Shown here piece by piece: positions 8,943 through 18,215 of a DNA stretch of 64,000 nt. The stretch is from Brevibacterium luteolum. Its GTDB lineage: Bacteria > Actinomycetota > Actinomycetes > Actinomycetales > Brevibacteriaceae. The DNA is taken from positions 1 through 64,000 of the forward strand of contig NZ_JABEMC010000002.1 of the NCBI RefSeq assembly GCF_013004595.1, given 5' to 3'. A program made the position numbers and the translations under genes. Position 1 is the first letter of the stretch; each line of letters opens with the position of its first letter. The notes under the pieces were generated by a model. That model was not told the DNA's origin and searched no databases. It saw only the letters and a program-made list of their open reading frames with translations.

Positions 8943-10426
8943 CAGCATCCTCTTTCAGCTGCCGCGGTGTCGGGCACGGTGATGGGGTAGTTGCCGGAGA
9001 AGCAGGCGGTGCACAGTTCGGCTTCGCGCTGCTGGGTGGCGGCGATCATGCCGTCGAGTGAGATGTAGCCCAGCGAGTCGGCGCCGAGGGACTGGCAGAT
9101 CTCGTCGGTGTTGAGGCCGTTGGCGATGAGCTCGGCGCGGGTGGCGAAGTCGATGCCGTAGAAGCACGGCCATTTGACCGGCGGGGAGGAGATCCGGATG
9201 TGGATCTCCTTCGCCCCTGCCTCGCGCAGCATCCGCACAAGGGCCCGCTGAGTGTTGCCGCGCACGATCGAGTCGTCGACGACGACGAGCCGGCGGCCGG
9301 CGATGTTCTCCTTGAGCGGGTTGAGCTTGAGCCGGATGCCGAGCTGGCGCAGCGTCTGGGAGGGCTGGATGAAGGTGCGGCCGACGTAGGCGTTCTTCAT
9401 CAGCCCCTGCCCGAAGGGGATGCCGGATTCCTCGGCGTAGCCGACGGCTGCCGGGGTGCCCGATTCGGGTGTAGCGATGACGAGGTCGGCGTCGACGGGG
9501 TATTCGCGGGCGAGCTGGCGGCCCATCTCGGTGCGGGCGGCATGCACGGTCTTGCCGTGGAGCACGCTGTCGGGCCGGGCGAGGTAGACGTATTCGAAGA
9601 CGCAGCGGGCCTGTTCGGGTTCGGCCCACCGGTAGGAGCGCAGGCCGTCCTCGTCGATGGCGATGAGTTCGCCGGGTTCGATCTCGCGGACGAAGGAGGC
9701 GCCGACGATGTCGAGGGCTGCGGTCTCGCTGGCGACGACCCAGCCGCGCTCGAGGCGGCCGAGGGCCAGCGGGCGCACGCCGTGGCGGTCGCGGGCGGCA
9801 TACAGGGTGTGCTCGTCCATGAAGACGAGGGAGAAGGCGCCGTCGAGTCTGGGCATGAGCTCCCGGGCGGCGGCAGTGAGGTTCTCAGCCGCCGACGAGG
9901 CGAGCAGCTCGGTGACGAGCGACGTGTCGTTCGAGGAGTCGCGCCCGGACCGGGTGCGGGCCGGTTTCTGGGTGGCGGCCTTGACCGTCTCGTCGCGGGC
10001 GGCGGCCTTCTCATCGGCCATTTCCTGCAGCTCGGCGAAGTTCGTCAGATTGCCGTTGTGGGCCAGTGCGACGGTGCCGAACGGTGTGGGCCCGAGAGTC
10101 GGCTGGGCGTTCTCCCAGGACGAGACCCCGGTGGTGGAGTAGCGGGTGTGGCCGACGGCGATGTGGCCGGGCAGAGTGTCGAGGTCGCTTTCGTCGAAGA
10201 CCTGGGAGACGAGTCCCATATCGCGGTAGATGAGGATCTGCTTGCCGTTGCTGGCGGCGATGCCAGCCGATTCCTGGCCGCGGTGCTGGAGGGCGTAGAG
10301 GCCGAAGTAGGTGAGCTTGGCGACCTCCTCGCCGGGGGCCCAGACGCCGAAGACACCGCATTCGTCCTGCGGGCCCTGATCGGCGAGGTCGAAATCGTCG
10401 CTGGAGGCTGCGTTCACGCGTGTCAC
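8942..10426 (-). CDS. purF: Amidophosphoribosyltransferase
   Basis: ECGVFG, LQHRGQES, AHNGNL and VDDSIVRGNT motifs. Confidence 0.97.
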   Translation of the reverse strand: MTRVNAASSDDFDLADQGPQDECGVFGVWAPGEEVAKLTYFGLYALQHRGQESAGIAASNGKQILIYRDMGLVSQVFDESDLDTLPGHIAVGHTRYSTTGVSSWENAQPTLGPTPFGTVALAHNGNLTNFAELQEMADEKAAARDETVKAATQKPARTRSGRDSSNDTSLVTELLASSAAENLTAAARELMPRLDGAFSLVFMDEHTLYAARDRHGVRPLALGRLERGWVVASETAALDIVGASFVREIEPGELIAIDEDGLRSYRWAEPEQARCVFEYVYLARPDSVLHGKTVHAARTEMGRQLAREYPVDADLVIATPESGTPAAVGYAEESGIPFGQGLMKNAYVGRTFIQPSQTLRQLGIRLKLNPLKENIAGRRLVVVDDSIVRGNTQRALVRMLREAGAKEIHIRISSPPVKWPCFYGIDFATRAELIANGLNTDEICQSLGADSLGYISLDGMIAATQQREAELCTACFSGNYPITVPDTAAAERGC

Positions 10427-10430
10427 GCCG

Positions 10431-10844
10431 TCATTCTCTCACATCCGTCTCCCCCGCCCGGCCGGGTTCAGAGGGCTGTTCGCCAGCGGTCTCGACCTCG
10501 GGCACCTCGGTGTCAGCCGCCTCGGTGTCAGCCGCCTCGGTGTCGACGGCCCCGGGTGCGGGGTCATGTACGGCGGGCACAGTGTAGGTGCGGGCGCGGC
10601 GCAGGCTGATGCGGTCGAGGATGAGGGCGACGACGGCGCCGAGGAAGCCGCCGATGGTGCCGACGAAGACCATGAGCATCCACGTCGCCGAGGCCTGGGT
10701 CACCTCGACCTCGACGCCGGCCATGTCGACGGGCAGAAAGGACAGGATACCGCCTGCGATCATGCCGAGGATGACGCCGAGGATGATGAACGCCGAGTAC
10801 TTGGGGCTGCGGCGGACCGAGACGTCGATCGTGTCGTCGTTCAT
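10431..10844 (-). CDS. Two-TM membrane protein with acidic repetitive tail
   Basis: RRSPKY followed by two hydrophobic helices; DTEAA repeats. Confidence 0.8.
   Translation of the reverse strand: MNDDTIDVSVRRSPKYSAFIILGVILGMIAGGILSFLPVDMAGVEVEVTQASATWMLMVFVGTIGGFLGAVVALILDRISLRRARTYTVPAVHDPAPGAVDTEAADTEAADTEVPEVETAGEQPSEPGRAGETDVRE
10505..10544. repeat. 15-bp coding tandem repeat, about 2.7 copies
   Basis: CCTCGGTGTCAGCCG twice plus CCTCGGTGTC. Confidence 0.85.
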
Positions 10845-10934
10845 GGGCTCCCTTGGTTGCCGTGGTGGCAGGCGGCGGCCTGCTGGTGTGCGCCCAACAG
10901 TCTAGTTCACCGGCCCTGCATGCCGCGATTTCGC

Positions 10935-11822
10935 TCACGCCAGAGCGATGAGCCCAACGCCGCTGATGACGATCGCAGCACCGGCCAGCCGTCTGCCGAG
11001 GTCGCGTTCGCCGAAGAGCCACCAGGCCAGCAGCACGCCGATGATGATCGAGGTCTCCCGCAGCGGGGCGACCAGGGAGACTGGCGCCTGCTGCATGGCG
11101 ATGAGCACGAGGATGTAGGCCAGCGGACTGAGCACGGCGACGACTGAGACGGCGCGCTTGTCGCTGACGGCCACCGCACGCAGCTCGGCCGGACGGCACA
11201 TGGCCCGCGGGGCCATGACGACGGCGTTGACGGCGGAGCTGAGCGCGAAGTACAGCAGCGGCGGATACTCGGTCGTCGTCACGACGTGGTGATCCCACAG
11301 GGTGTACCCGGCGATGAACGTGCCGGTCAGCCCGCCCCAGAACAGCCCGGGGACCAGCAGGCGGCTGCTCTCCCGTCTGCCCGTCACCCCGGCGGCGGGA
11401 CGCCCGGGCACAGTGACGACGGCGATGCCGGTGACGATGATGAGCCCGCCGAGGATTCCCGGCCAGCCGGGCCGCTCGCCGAGCATCGCGAGCGCGATGA
11501 GCATCGTCAGCACCGGGCCGGTGCCGCGGGCGACGGGGTAGACGATGCCCAAATCAGCCCGATCGTAACCGATCTGCAGGGTCACCGAGTAGGCGATGTG
11601 CAGCAGGCCTGAGACGACTGCGACGCCGAGCAGCGGCCAGCCGATGAGATCCGGCTGCTGGGCGATGATCGCGATGCCCATAGGCAACAGCAGAACGGCG
11701 GAGACGAGCTGGTAGGCGAAGACGAATGCGTAGCCGTGTCCGCGCACGGTCTTGGCTGCGGCGTTCCAGACGGCGTGGGCGAGGCTGGCGGTGAGCACCA
11801 GCCCGAGGGCGGTGAGGGTCAA
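10935..11822 (-). CDS. EamA/DMT-family transporter
   Basis: HAVWN, YPVARGTGP and APLRETS motifs; probable TTG start overlapping the ALDH stop. Confidence 0.88.
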   Translation of the reverse strand: MTLTALGLVLTASLAHAVWNAAAKTVRGHGYAFVFAYQLVSAVLLLPMGIAIIAQQPDLIGWPLLGVAVVSGLLHIAYSVTLQIGYDRADLGIVYPVARGTGPVLTMLIALAMLGERPGWPGILGGLIIVTGIAVVTVPGRPAAGVTGRRESSRLLVPGLFWGGLTGTFIAGYTLWDHHVVTTTEYPPLLYFALSSAVNAVVMAPRAMCRPAELRAVAVSDKRAVSVVAVLSPLAYILVLIAMQQAPVSLVAPLRETSIIIGVLLAWWLFGERDLGRRLAGAAIVISGVGLIALA

Positions 11823-13279
11823 ATCTTCATGACGACGGTCTTCGTCTGCGTGTACTCGTCGAAGGCCTCGATCGACTTCTCGCGGCCGTACCCGGACTTC
11901 TTGAAGCCGCCGAAGGGCAGTTCGACGCCGCCGCCGGCGCCGTAGGTGTTGACGAACACCTGGCCGGCTTCGATCTCTGCGGCCATCCGGTGGGCGCGTG
12001 AGAGGTTCTGCGTCCACACGGCGGAGACGAGGCCGTAGTCGGTGCCGTTGGCCTCGGCGATCGCCTGCTCATCGGAGTCGAAGCTGCGGGAGACGACGAC
12101 CGGCCCGAACACCTCTTCCTGCCAGATCTCGGAACCGGCCTCGACATCGGCGACGATCGTCGGGGCGAAGAAGGCGCCCTGAGCGCCGGCCGAGCCCCCC
12201 GCACCCGAGGTGCTGATCGCCTCGGGTGCGGCGCCGCCGGTGAGGATCTCACCGGAGTCGAGACGCTCGAGGAACCCGGTCACCCGCTCGAACTGCTTAC
12301 GGGAGACGAGCGGGCCGAGCATCGGGTCGTCGAGTCCGGGACCGATCGTCACCTCGCGCATCGCAGCGCTCATCTTCTCCAGCACTTCGTCGCGCACGTC
12401 GGTGTGGACGAGCAGCCGGGAGCCGGCCGAGCAGGTCTGGCCGGCGTTCTGGATGATCGAGCGGACCAGGGAGGGCACGGCTGCGTCGATGTCGGCATCG
12501 GCGAAGACGATGTTGGCCGACTTCCCGCCGAGCTCGAGCACAGTCGGGATGACCCGGTCGGCTGCCGCCCGGGCGATGATCGAGCCGGTGCCGGTCGAGC
12601 CGACGAAGCCAAGGTGGGCGACCTCCGGATGCTGGGCAAGTGCCGCACCGGCTTCCCGGCCGAGTCCGGTGACGACGTTGAAGGCGCCGGTGGGGAAGCC
12701 TGCCTGGTCGAGGATCTCAGCTAGGCGCAGGGTGGTGCGCGGGGTTTCGTCTGCCGGTTTGGCCACCGCGCAGTTTCCGGTGGCCAGCGAGGTGGCTGCC
12801 GCCCGGCCGACGAGCTGGAGGGGGTAGTTCCAGGCGACGATGTGGCCGGTGACGCCGTAGGGTTCGCGGCGGGTGTAGACGTGCATGTCCTCGCCGAGCG
12901 GGATGGTGTGGCCGTAGTAGGCCTCGATGGTGTGACCGTAGAACTCGAAGTAGCGCGCGCACACATCGACGTCGGCATAGGCCTGGGTCAGGGGTTTGCC
13001 GGTGTCTTCGCTTTCGAGCCGGGCGAGGTTCTCACGGTCGGCGCGGATGAGTTCGGCTGCTGCCACGAGCAGGCGGGAACGTTCCTGTGGGGCGGTGCGG
13101 CCCCAGGACTGCTGGGCTCTGCCGGCGGCGATGACGGCCTGATCGACTTCGTCGAAGCCGCCCCGGGCGATCTGCCCGATCGTCTCGTTGGTCGCCGGGT
13201 CGATGTTGTCGTAGGTCGTCACCGAGGGCACGTGACGGCCGCCGATGAAGGACGTGATCTGCGCAGGAGTTGAGGCCAT
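11819..13279 (-). CDS. Aldehyde dehydrogenase
   Basis: WNYP, LELGGKS, NAGQTCSAG, EEVFGP, PFGGFKKSGYGRE. Confidence 0.96.
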   Translation of the reverse strand: MASTPAQITSFIGGRHVPSVTTYDNIDPATNETIGQIARGGFDEVDQAVIAAGRAQQSWGRTAPQERSRLLVAAAELIRADRENLARLESEDTGKPLTQAYADVDVCARYFEFYGHTIEAYYGHTIPLGEDMHVYTRREPYGVTGHIVAWNYPLQLVGRAAATSLATGNCAVAKPADETPRTTLRLAEILDQAGFPTGAFNVVTGLGREAGAALAQHPEVAHLGFVGSTGTGSIIARAAADRVIPTVLELGGKSANIVFADADIDAAVPSLVRSIIQNAGQTCSAGSRLLVHTDVRDEVLEKMSAAMREVTIGPGLDDPMLGPLVSRKQFERVTGFLERLDSGEILTGGAAPEAISTSGAGGSAGAQGAFFAPTIVADVEAGSEIWQEEVFGPVVVSRSFDSDEQAIAEANGTDYGLVSAVWTQNLSRAHRMAAEIEAGQVFVNTYGAGGGVELPFGGFKKSGYGREKSIEAFDEYTQTKTVVMKI

Positions 13280-13347
13280 GTCCTGAGCCTAAGCCCCCGC
13301 ACCCGAGGTGTCAGCCCGCCGGCCGCATCCCGGACGCCTGACCTTCC

Positions 13348-13827
13348 TCAGTCGGTATCGAGGGCGGTGGCCCAGCCGGTGCCCGGCAGGTTTTCGAACA
13401 CGAGGTTCGTCTGGGTGCGGGTGATGGCCGGGTGGCTGGCGAGGTTGTCGACGACGAAGTCGCGCAGGGCATCGGCATCGGTGGCGACGACGTGGATGAT
13501 GAAGTCGTCGCTGCCGGCCATATGGAAGACCGAGAGCACTCCTGGCCAGGTGGGGGCATCGCGGCGCAGCGCGGCGATCGCGGTGCGGTCGAGGTGACCG
13601 ATCTGGCAGGAGACCATCGCCTCCAGCGGCAGGCCGATGCGGTCCTTGTCGACGGTGATGCCGAATTTCGCGATCACCCCGGTGGACACGAGCCGGCGGA
13701 TGCGCAGCGCCACAGTCGATTCGGCCACGCGCAGCCGGCGGGCCAGTGCTCGTCCTGAGGCGCGCGCGTCGGCATCGAGCAGGCGGAGCAGCTGCCGGTC
13801 AATGGCGTCGAGTTCGATATCGGCCAT
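13348..13827 (-). CDS. Lrp/AsnC-family regulator
   Basis: LDAIDRQLLRLLDADAR HTH and MAGSDDF. Confidence 0.92.
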   Translation of the reverse strand: MADIELDAIDRQLLRLLDADARASGRALARRLRVAESTVALRIRRLVSTGVIAKFGITVDKDRIGLPLEAMVSCQIGHLDRTAIAALRRDAPTWPGVLSVFHMAGSDDFIIHVVATDADALRDFVVDNLASHPAITRTQTNLVFENLPGTGWATALDTD

Positions 13828-13965
13828 AGTGCACCCCTTTCCACATCGCAGTGTCTGCGGCAGACTGCGATACAGTGCCCATTGTGCCGTAGTTCCTGCG
13901 GGATTATACGGCTGCCCTGCAATTATCTGCAGCAGATGCGCAGGTTCATGTCGAAGAGGAGTTGA

Positions 13966-15171
13966 ATGCAGGCTATGAGCCACATCACGCCCGGCGACTC
14001 CGCCGCCCACGACACCCACCCTGACACCCTGGCCGTGCACGGCATGGCCGCGCGTGCCATCAGCGAGGGCACGCACGTTCCGACGATCGATCTGTCGACG
14101 ACCTACCCGCTGCCCGAGGTGGAGTCCGGCGGGGATTCCTACGAGCTGCTCGCCGGCGGCGGCCGCGCCAAAGATGGGGCGACCTCGCTGGTCTACCAGC
14201 GACTGTGGTCACCGAACGCCTCGGACTTCGAAGAGGGCCTGGCCGCCCTCGAAGGCGCGGACTCCGCTGTCGGTTTCACCACCGGGATGGCTGCGATCTG
14301 CGCCGTGCTCCAGCAGCGGGTGGCTGCCGGCAAGCCGCACATCGTAGCGATCCGCCCGCTCTACGGCGGCACCGACCATGTGCTGGCCACCGGGTTCCTC
14401 GGCACCCGCGTCACCTGGGCGACCCCCGACACGGTGACTGAGTCGATCGAGTCCGACACCGGTCTCGTCGTCATGGAGACCCCGGCGAACCCGACGCTCG
14501 AACTCGTCGACATCGCAGCTGTTGTCGCTGCCGCCGGTGACGTGCCGGTCATGGTCGACAACACGTTCGCCACCCCGGTCCTCCAGCAGCCGCTGGCGCA
14601 CGGGGCTGCGTATTCGGTGCATTCGGCCACGAAGTACCTCGGCGGCCACGGGGATGCGATGGGCGGCATCGTCGCCTGCTCTGAGGAGCGCGCCGGTGAA
14701 CTGCGCGGCGTCCGCTCGCTCACCGGCGGGCTGCTGCACCCGATGGGCGCCTATATGCTCGCCCGCGGCCTGCGCACGCTGCCGATCCGCATCCGCCAGC
14801 AGCAGGACAATGCGCAGGCTGTTGCCGAGGCACTCGAGGGCCATGAGGCGATCGCCCGGGTGTTCTTCCCCGGTCTCGACGGCCAGGATCCGGCCGGGCT
14901 CATCGGCTCGCAGATGTCGGGGCCCGGTGCGATGCTCGCCCTTGACATGGCTGGCGGCTACCAGGCCGCGGCGGCATTCGCCGAGCGCACCCGCCTGGCT
15001 GTGCACGCCGTCTCACTCGGCGGCGTCGACACCCTCATCCAGCACCCGGCCTCGCTGACCCACCGCCCAGTGGCCCCCGACGCCCGGCCGGCCGCCGGTG
15101 TCGTGCGCGTCTCGATCGGCCTGGAGGATCCGCGCGACATCATCGCAGACTTCACCCAGGCTCTCAGCTGA
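13966..15171 (+). CDS. PLP-dependent trans-sulfuration enzyme (methionine/cystathionine gamma-lyase family)
   Basis: ETPANP, VDNTFATP, HSATKYLGGHGD and AVSLGG motifs. Confidence 0.92.
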   Translation: MQAMSHITPGDSAAHDTHPDTLAVHGMAARAISEGTHVPTIDLSTTYPLPEVESGGDSYELLAGGGRAKDGATSLVYQRLWSPNASDFEEGLAALEGADSAVGFTTGMAAICAVLQQRVAAGKPHIVAIRPLYGGTDHVLATGFLGTRVTWATPDTVTESIESDTGLVVMETPANPTLELVDIAAVVAAAGDVPVMVDNTFATPVLQQPLAHGAAYSVHSATKYLGGHGDAMGGIVACSEERAGELRGVRSLTGGLLHPMGAYMLARGLRTLPIRIRQQQDNAQAVAEALEGHEAIARVFFPGLDGQDPAGLIGSQMSGPGAMLALDMAGGYQAAAAFAERTRLAVHAVSLGGVDTLIQHPASLTHRPVAPDARPAAGVVRVSIGLEDPRDIIADFTQALS

Positions 15172-15192
15172 GGGACAGTTCCCGGCAGGATC

Positions 15193-16713
15193 TCACCGGT
15201 CGGGTGCAAGACGCGGTGCCGGCAGCCCGAACACCTGCTTCAGCGCCCGCTGCGCGGCGAACCAGCCGTTCATGCCGTGCACCCCGGGCCCCGGCGGGGT
15301 GGCTGCCGAGCACAGGTAGACGCCGGGGATGCCGAGGGAGTACGGGTCCCAGGTCAGCCTGGGCCGGGCGACCATCCGGTACAGGGACACAGTGCCTGCG
15401 GCGATGTCACCACCGGCGTAATTCTCGTTGTGGGCGTGCATCTGGGCAGCCGGCACGCAGGCGGAGTCGACGATGACATCGCGGAAGCCAGGGGCAAAGC
15501 GCTCGATCTGGGCGGTGATGTGCTCGGTGACATCGACCGGGCAGCCGGCCGGCACATGCGCGTACGTCCACAGCGGCCGCAGCCCGGCGACCTGCCGGGA
15601 CGGATCAGCGACCGTCGGGTCGGAGACGAGCACGACGGGACGCTGGGGCAGCCGGCCGGCGGTGACCTCCGCCTCGGCGGCGGCCATCTGCTCCCGGGTC
15701 CCGCCCAGGTGCAGGGTCCCTGCCTGGGCGAGCTGCCGGTCGCGCCACGGAACCGGCCCGGAGAGCACGAAGTCGACTTTCGCAGCGGCATCCCCGAGCC
15801 CGAATCGCCTGAGTCCGCCTCTGACGCTGGCCGGCAGGCTGGCGTCCCAGATGCGGGCGGCAGTCCCGGCGGACGTGTCGAGCAGACAGGTGCGGGCAGG
15901 CGGCAAGTCGGCGGCGGTCTCAATGTGCACGCCTGTGCGGATCTGCCCACCGTGGGCTTTCAGGTCGGCGGCGAGCGCATCGGTGATCGCCTGAGACCCG
16001 CCGACTGGGATCGGCCACCCGGCCCCATGTGCCAGTGTCGCCAGCAGCATCGCCGCCGCGGCGGTCGCCGGGGAGGGCAGGGCGCCGATCGCATGGGAGG
16101 CAACACCTGTGAACAGGGCGCGGGCGGCGTCAGTGCGCAGCGGCAGATTCCAGGCAGGACTCCCCTGCTGCAGCAGCCGGGCTGCGAACCCGGCTGAGCG
16201 GGCGAGCGCAGCTGGGCTGCGCAGGGCGGCCGGCAGGGAGCGCTTGTCACCAAGCGAGAGCCACACGATCTCCTCAAGGTGCTCGGCAAACGAGGCGAAG
16301 AACCGCTTCCAGACCGGCCCGTCGGCACCAAGGCCTGCAGCGGTCCGGTCGAGGTCGCGCCAGGCCAGTGCCGCCGGCTGGTCCTCGAGCGGCTGGGCGT
16401 AGGAGATCTCCGGCACGGCGAGCTCAACACCGCGGGCGGCGAGGTCGAAGTCGAGCAGGAACGGGCTGGCGAGCGCCATCGGGTGGACGGCCGAGCACAC
16501 GTCGTGCCGCAGCGCCGAGGCGCCGGTCCGGCCGGCGGCGAGCCCGAGGTTGAGGGTGCGCGCTCCCCCGCCGATGCTCGGCTGAGCCTCAAGAACTTCG
16601 ACGGTCAGGCCGGCGCGGGCGAGCGTGACGGCAGCGGCCAGGCCGTTGGGTCCGGAGCCGACGATGACGGCATCGAGTGCCGGGCTGCGGCGGATGGCCG
16701 GCGACTGGTGCAT
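15193..16713 (-). CDS. Phytoene desaturase-like FAD oxidoreductase
   Basis: VGSGPNGL, HDVCSAVHP and ATPPGPGVHGM motifs. Confidence 0.9.
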   Translation of the reverse strand: MHQSPAIRRSPALDAVIVGSGPNGLAAAVTLARAGLTVEVLEAQPSIGGGARTLNLGLAAGRTGASALRHDVCSAVHPMALASPFLLDFDLAARGVELAVPEISYAQPLEDQPAALAWRDLDRTAAGLGADGPVWKRFFASFAEHLEEIVWLSLGDKRSLPAALRSPAALARSAGFAARLLQQGSPAWNLPLRTDAARALFTGVASHAIGALPSPATAAAAMLLATLAHGAGWPIPVGGSQAITDALAADLKAHGGQIRTGVHIETAADLPPARTCLLDTSAGTAARIWDASLPASVRGGLRRFGLGDAAAKVDFVLSGPVPWRDRQLAQAGTLHLGGTREQMAAAEAEVTAGRLPQRPVVLVSDPTVADPSRQVAGLRPLWTYAHVPAGCPVDVTEHITAQIERFAPGFRDVIVDSACVPAAQMHAHNENYAGGDIAAGTVSLYRMVARPRLTWDPYSLGIPGVYLCSAATPPGPGVHGMNGWFAAQRALKQVFGLPAPRLAPDR

Positions 16714-16717
16714 CCGC

Positions 16718-17116
16718 TCAGCTGCCGGCGAGTTCAGCAGCGGTGAAGAGCGGCAGCTGCTGACTCAGATCGGCTCGCGTGCCCGAGGCGATCGCCGGGT
16801 CGGCGGCGCGTGCCTCAGCGAAGCTCAGTTCGCCGACCGCCAGGCGCAGCCACGTGTGTGGGTCGGTTTCGATGACATTGGGCGGGGTGCCGCGGGTGTG
16901 CTTGGGACCTGCGATGCACTGGGTGACGCCGAAAGGCGGGATGCGCACTTCGACCGTGCCGCCTGCGTGACGGGCGGCGAGCTCTTCGAGCGTGTAGCGC
17001 ACGGCCATCGCCAGGGTGGCCCGCTCGACTTCCTCTGCGCTTGTGCGGCGGGCTTGTTCCCAGCGCGCGAGCGCGGCCCTGCCTTCGGTCTGGTCGATTC
17101 TGCGGCGAATGCTCAT
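16718..17116 (-). CDS. Bacterial sterol-carrier (SCP ortholog) family protein
   Basis: VEVRIPPFG..QC..GPKHTRGTPPNVIE motif. Confidence 0.88.
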   Translation of the reverse strand: MSIRRRIDQTEGRAALARWEQARRTSAEEVERATLAMAVRYTLEELAARHAGGTVEVRIPPFGVTQCIAGPKHTRGTPPNVIETDPHTWLRLAVGELSFAEARAADPAIASGTRADLSQQLPLFTAAELAGS

Positions 17117-18150
17117 ATCTGGTCCCCTCCGTGCATCGCATCGTACAGCCCGGCCCCGGCACGCACCTGACCGACAACGGCTGGGGCACCGTACTCGTCG
17201 ATGCCGCCGGTGATCTGCGGGGCGAGATCGCTGATGACCGGCAGCGCGGCCTCCGCGTCGACCGCCCCAGCGTGGGCAAGCAGCTCGAGCGCGACCATCG
17301 AGGTGATCCGGTTCGACCCGTCGAGGCACTTGACCGCAACCGCCCAGCCGTCGCGGGTGCCCATCACCATGACGCCTTCGGCGCCGAACTTCGCGAGCAC
17401 CTGCAGCCGTTCGATCGCCACCGCATTGGGCCGGCCGTGCCCGTCGATCGCCCACGGATGCTCGACGACCGCCTCGGTCAGCAGCCGGGCCGGTTCGCTC
17501 ACACCGGCAGCGATCTGCCCGATGCCCCGGGCCAGGCGGGTGAGCGGCATCGCGTGCACCGGTGCCCCGCAGCCGTCGACGCCGACGTGATCTGACGGCG
17601 CCCCGCAGTAGCGTTCGACGGCGGCGGCGACCGCCTGCTGGACGGGGCTGTCGGGAGCGAGGTAGGTCTCGGTGTCCCAGCCGTTGTGGGCGCAGGCGGC
17701 CAGGAAGGCTGCGTGCTTGCCGGAGCAGTTGTAGAACAGCCGAGAGGTCTGCTGGCCGGCCGCCCGGGTGAGGTAGCGGTAGTCCGGGTCTGCCGGGGCG
17801 ACCGCCGGGCACTTGAGCGCGGTCTCATCGAGACCGGCATCGGCGAGCATCGCTTCGACGACCCTCACATGCCCCTCTTCGGACCGGTGGGAGGCGGTGG
17901 CGAGCACAGCGGCCTCTCCGGCCAGCGCGACCCCAGACTCCATGACGGCGACTGCCTGCAGCGGTTTGAGGCACGAGCGGGTGGCCACCGGCGCCTCCGG
18001 CGCACCGGCGTGCGCATACACCCGTCCTTCAGGATCGACGACGACAGCGGAGCCGATGTGGCGGGATTCGATGAATCCGCTGCGCTCGATGACGGCGAGC
18101 TCAGCGGACTGGGCGGCGGTGCCCGTGGCAGGGTCAGCGGAAGCACTCAT
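17113..18150 (-). CDS. Asparaginase, Rhizobium-type (Asparaginase_II family)
   Basis: RSCLKPLQA, NCSGKH, DGCGAP and KFGAEG motifs. Confidence 0.92.
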   Translation of the reverse strand: MSASADPATGTAAQSAELAVIERSGFIESRHIGSAVVVDPEGRVYAHAGAPEAPVATRSCLKPLQAVAVMESGVALAGEAAVLATASHRSEEGHVRVVEAMLADAGLDETALKCPAVAPADPDYRYLTRAAGQQTSRLFYNCSGKHAAFLAACAHNGWDTETYLAPDSPVQQAVAAAVERYCGAPSDHVGVDGCGAPVHAMPLTRLARGIGQIAAGVSEPARLLTEAVVEHPWAIDGHGRPNAVAIERLQVLAKFGAEGVMVMGTRDGWAVAVKCLDGSNRITSMVALELLAHAGAVDAEAALPVISDLAPQITGGIDEYGAPAVVGQVRAGAGLYDAMHGGDQI

Positions 18151-18215
18151 GCCCCCACTCTAAAGCCTGTCCGCCTGCGCCCCGGCTTGCTGACAGGCAT
18201 ACTAAGCTGAGGGGC

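Noticed and set aside
18178..18200. GCCCCGGCTTGCTGACAGGCA, resembling part of a SAM-IV riboswitch
   Set aside because: Other conserved elements are absent, and it lies upstream of the predicted leaderless start, so it would not be transcribed.
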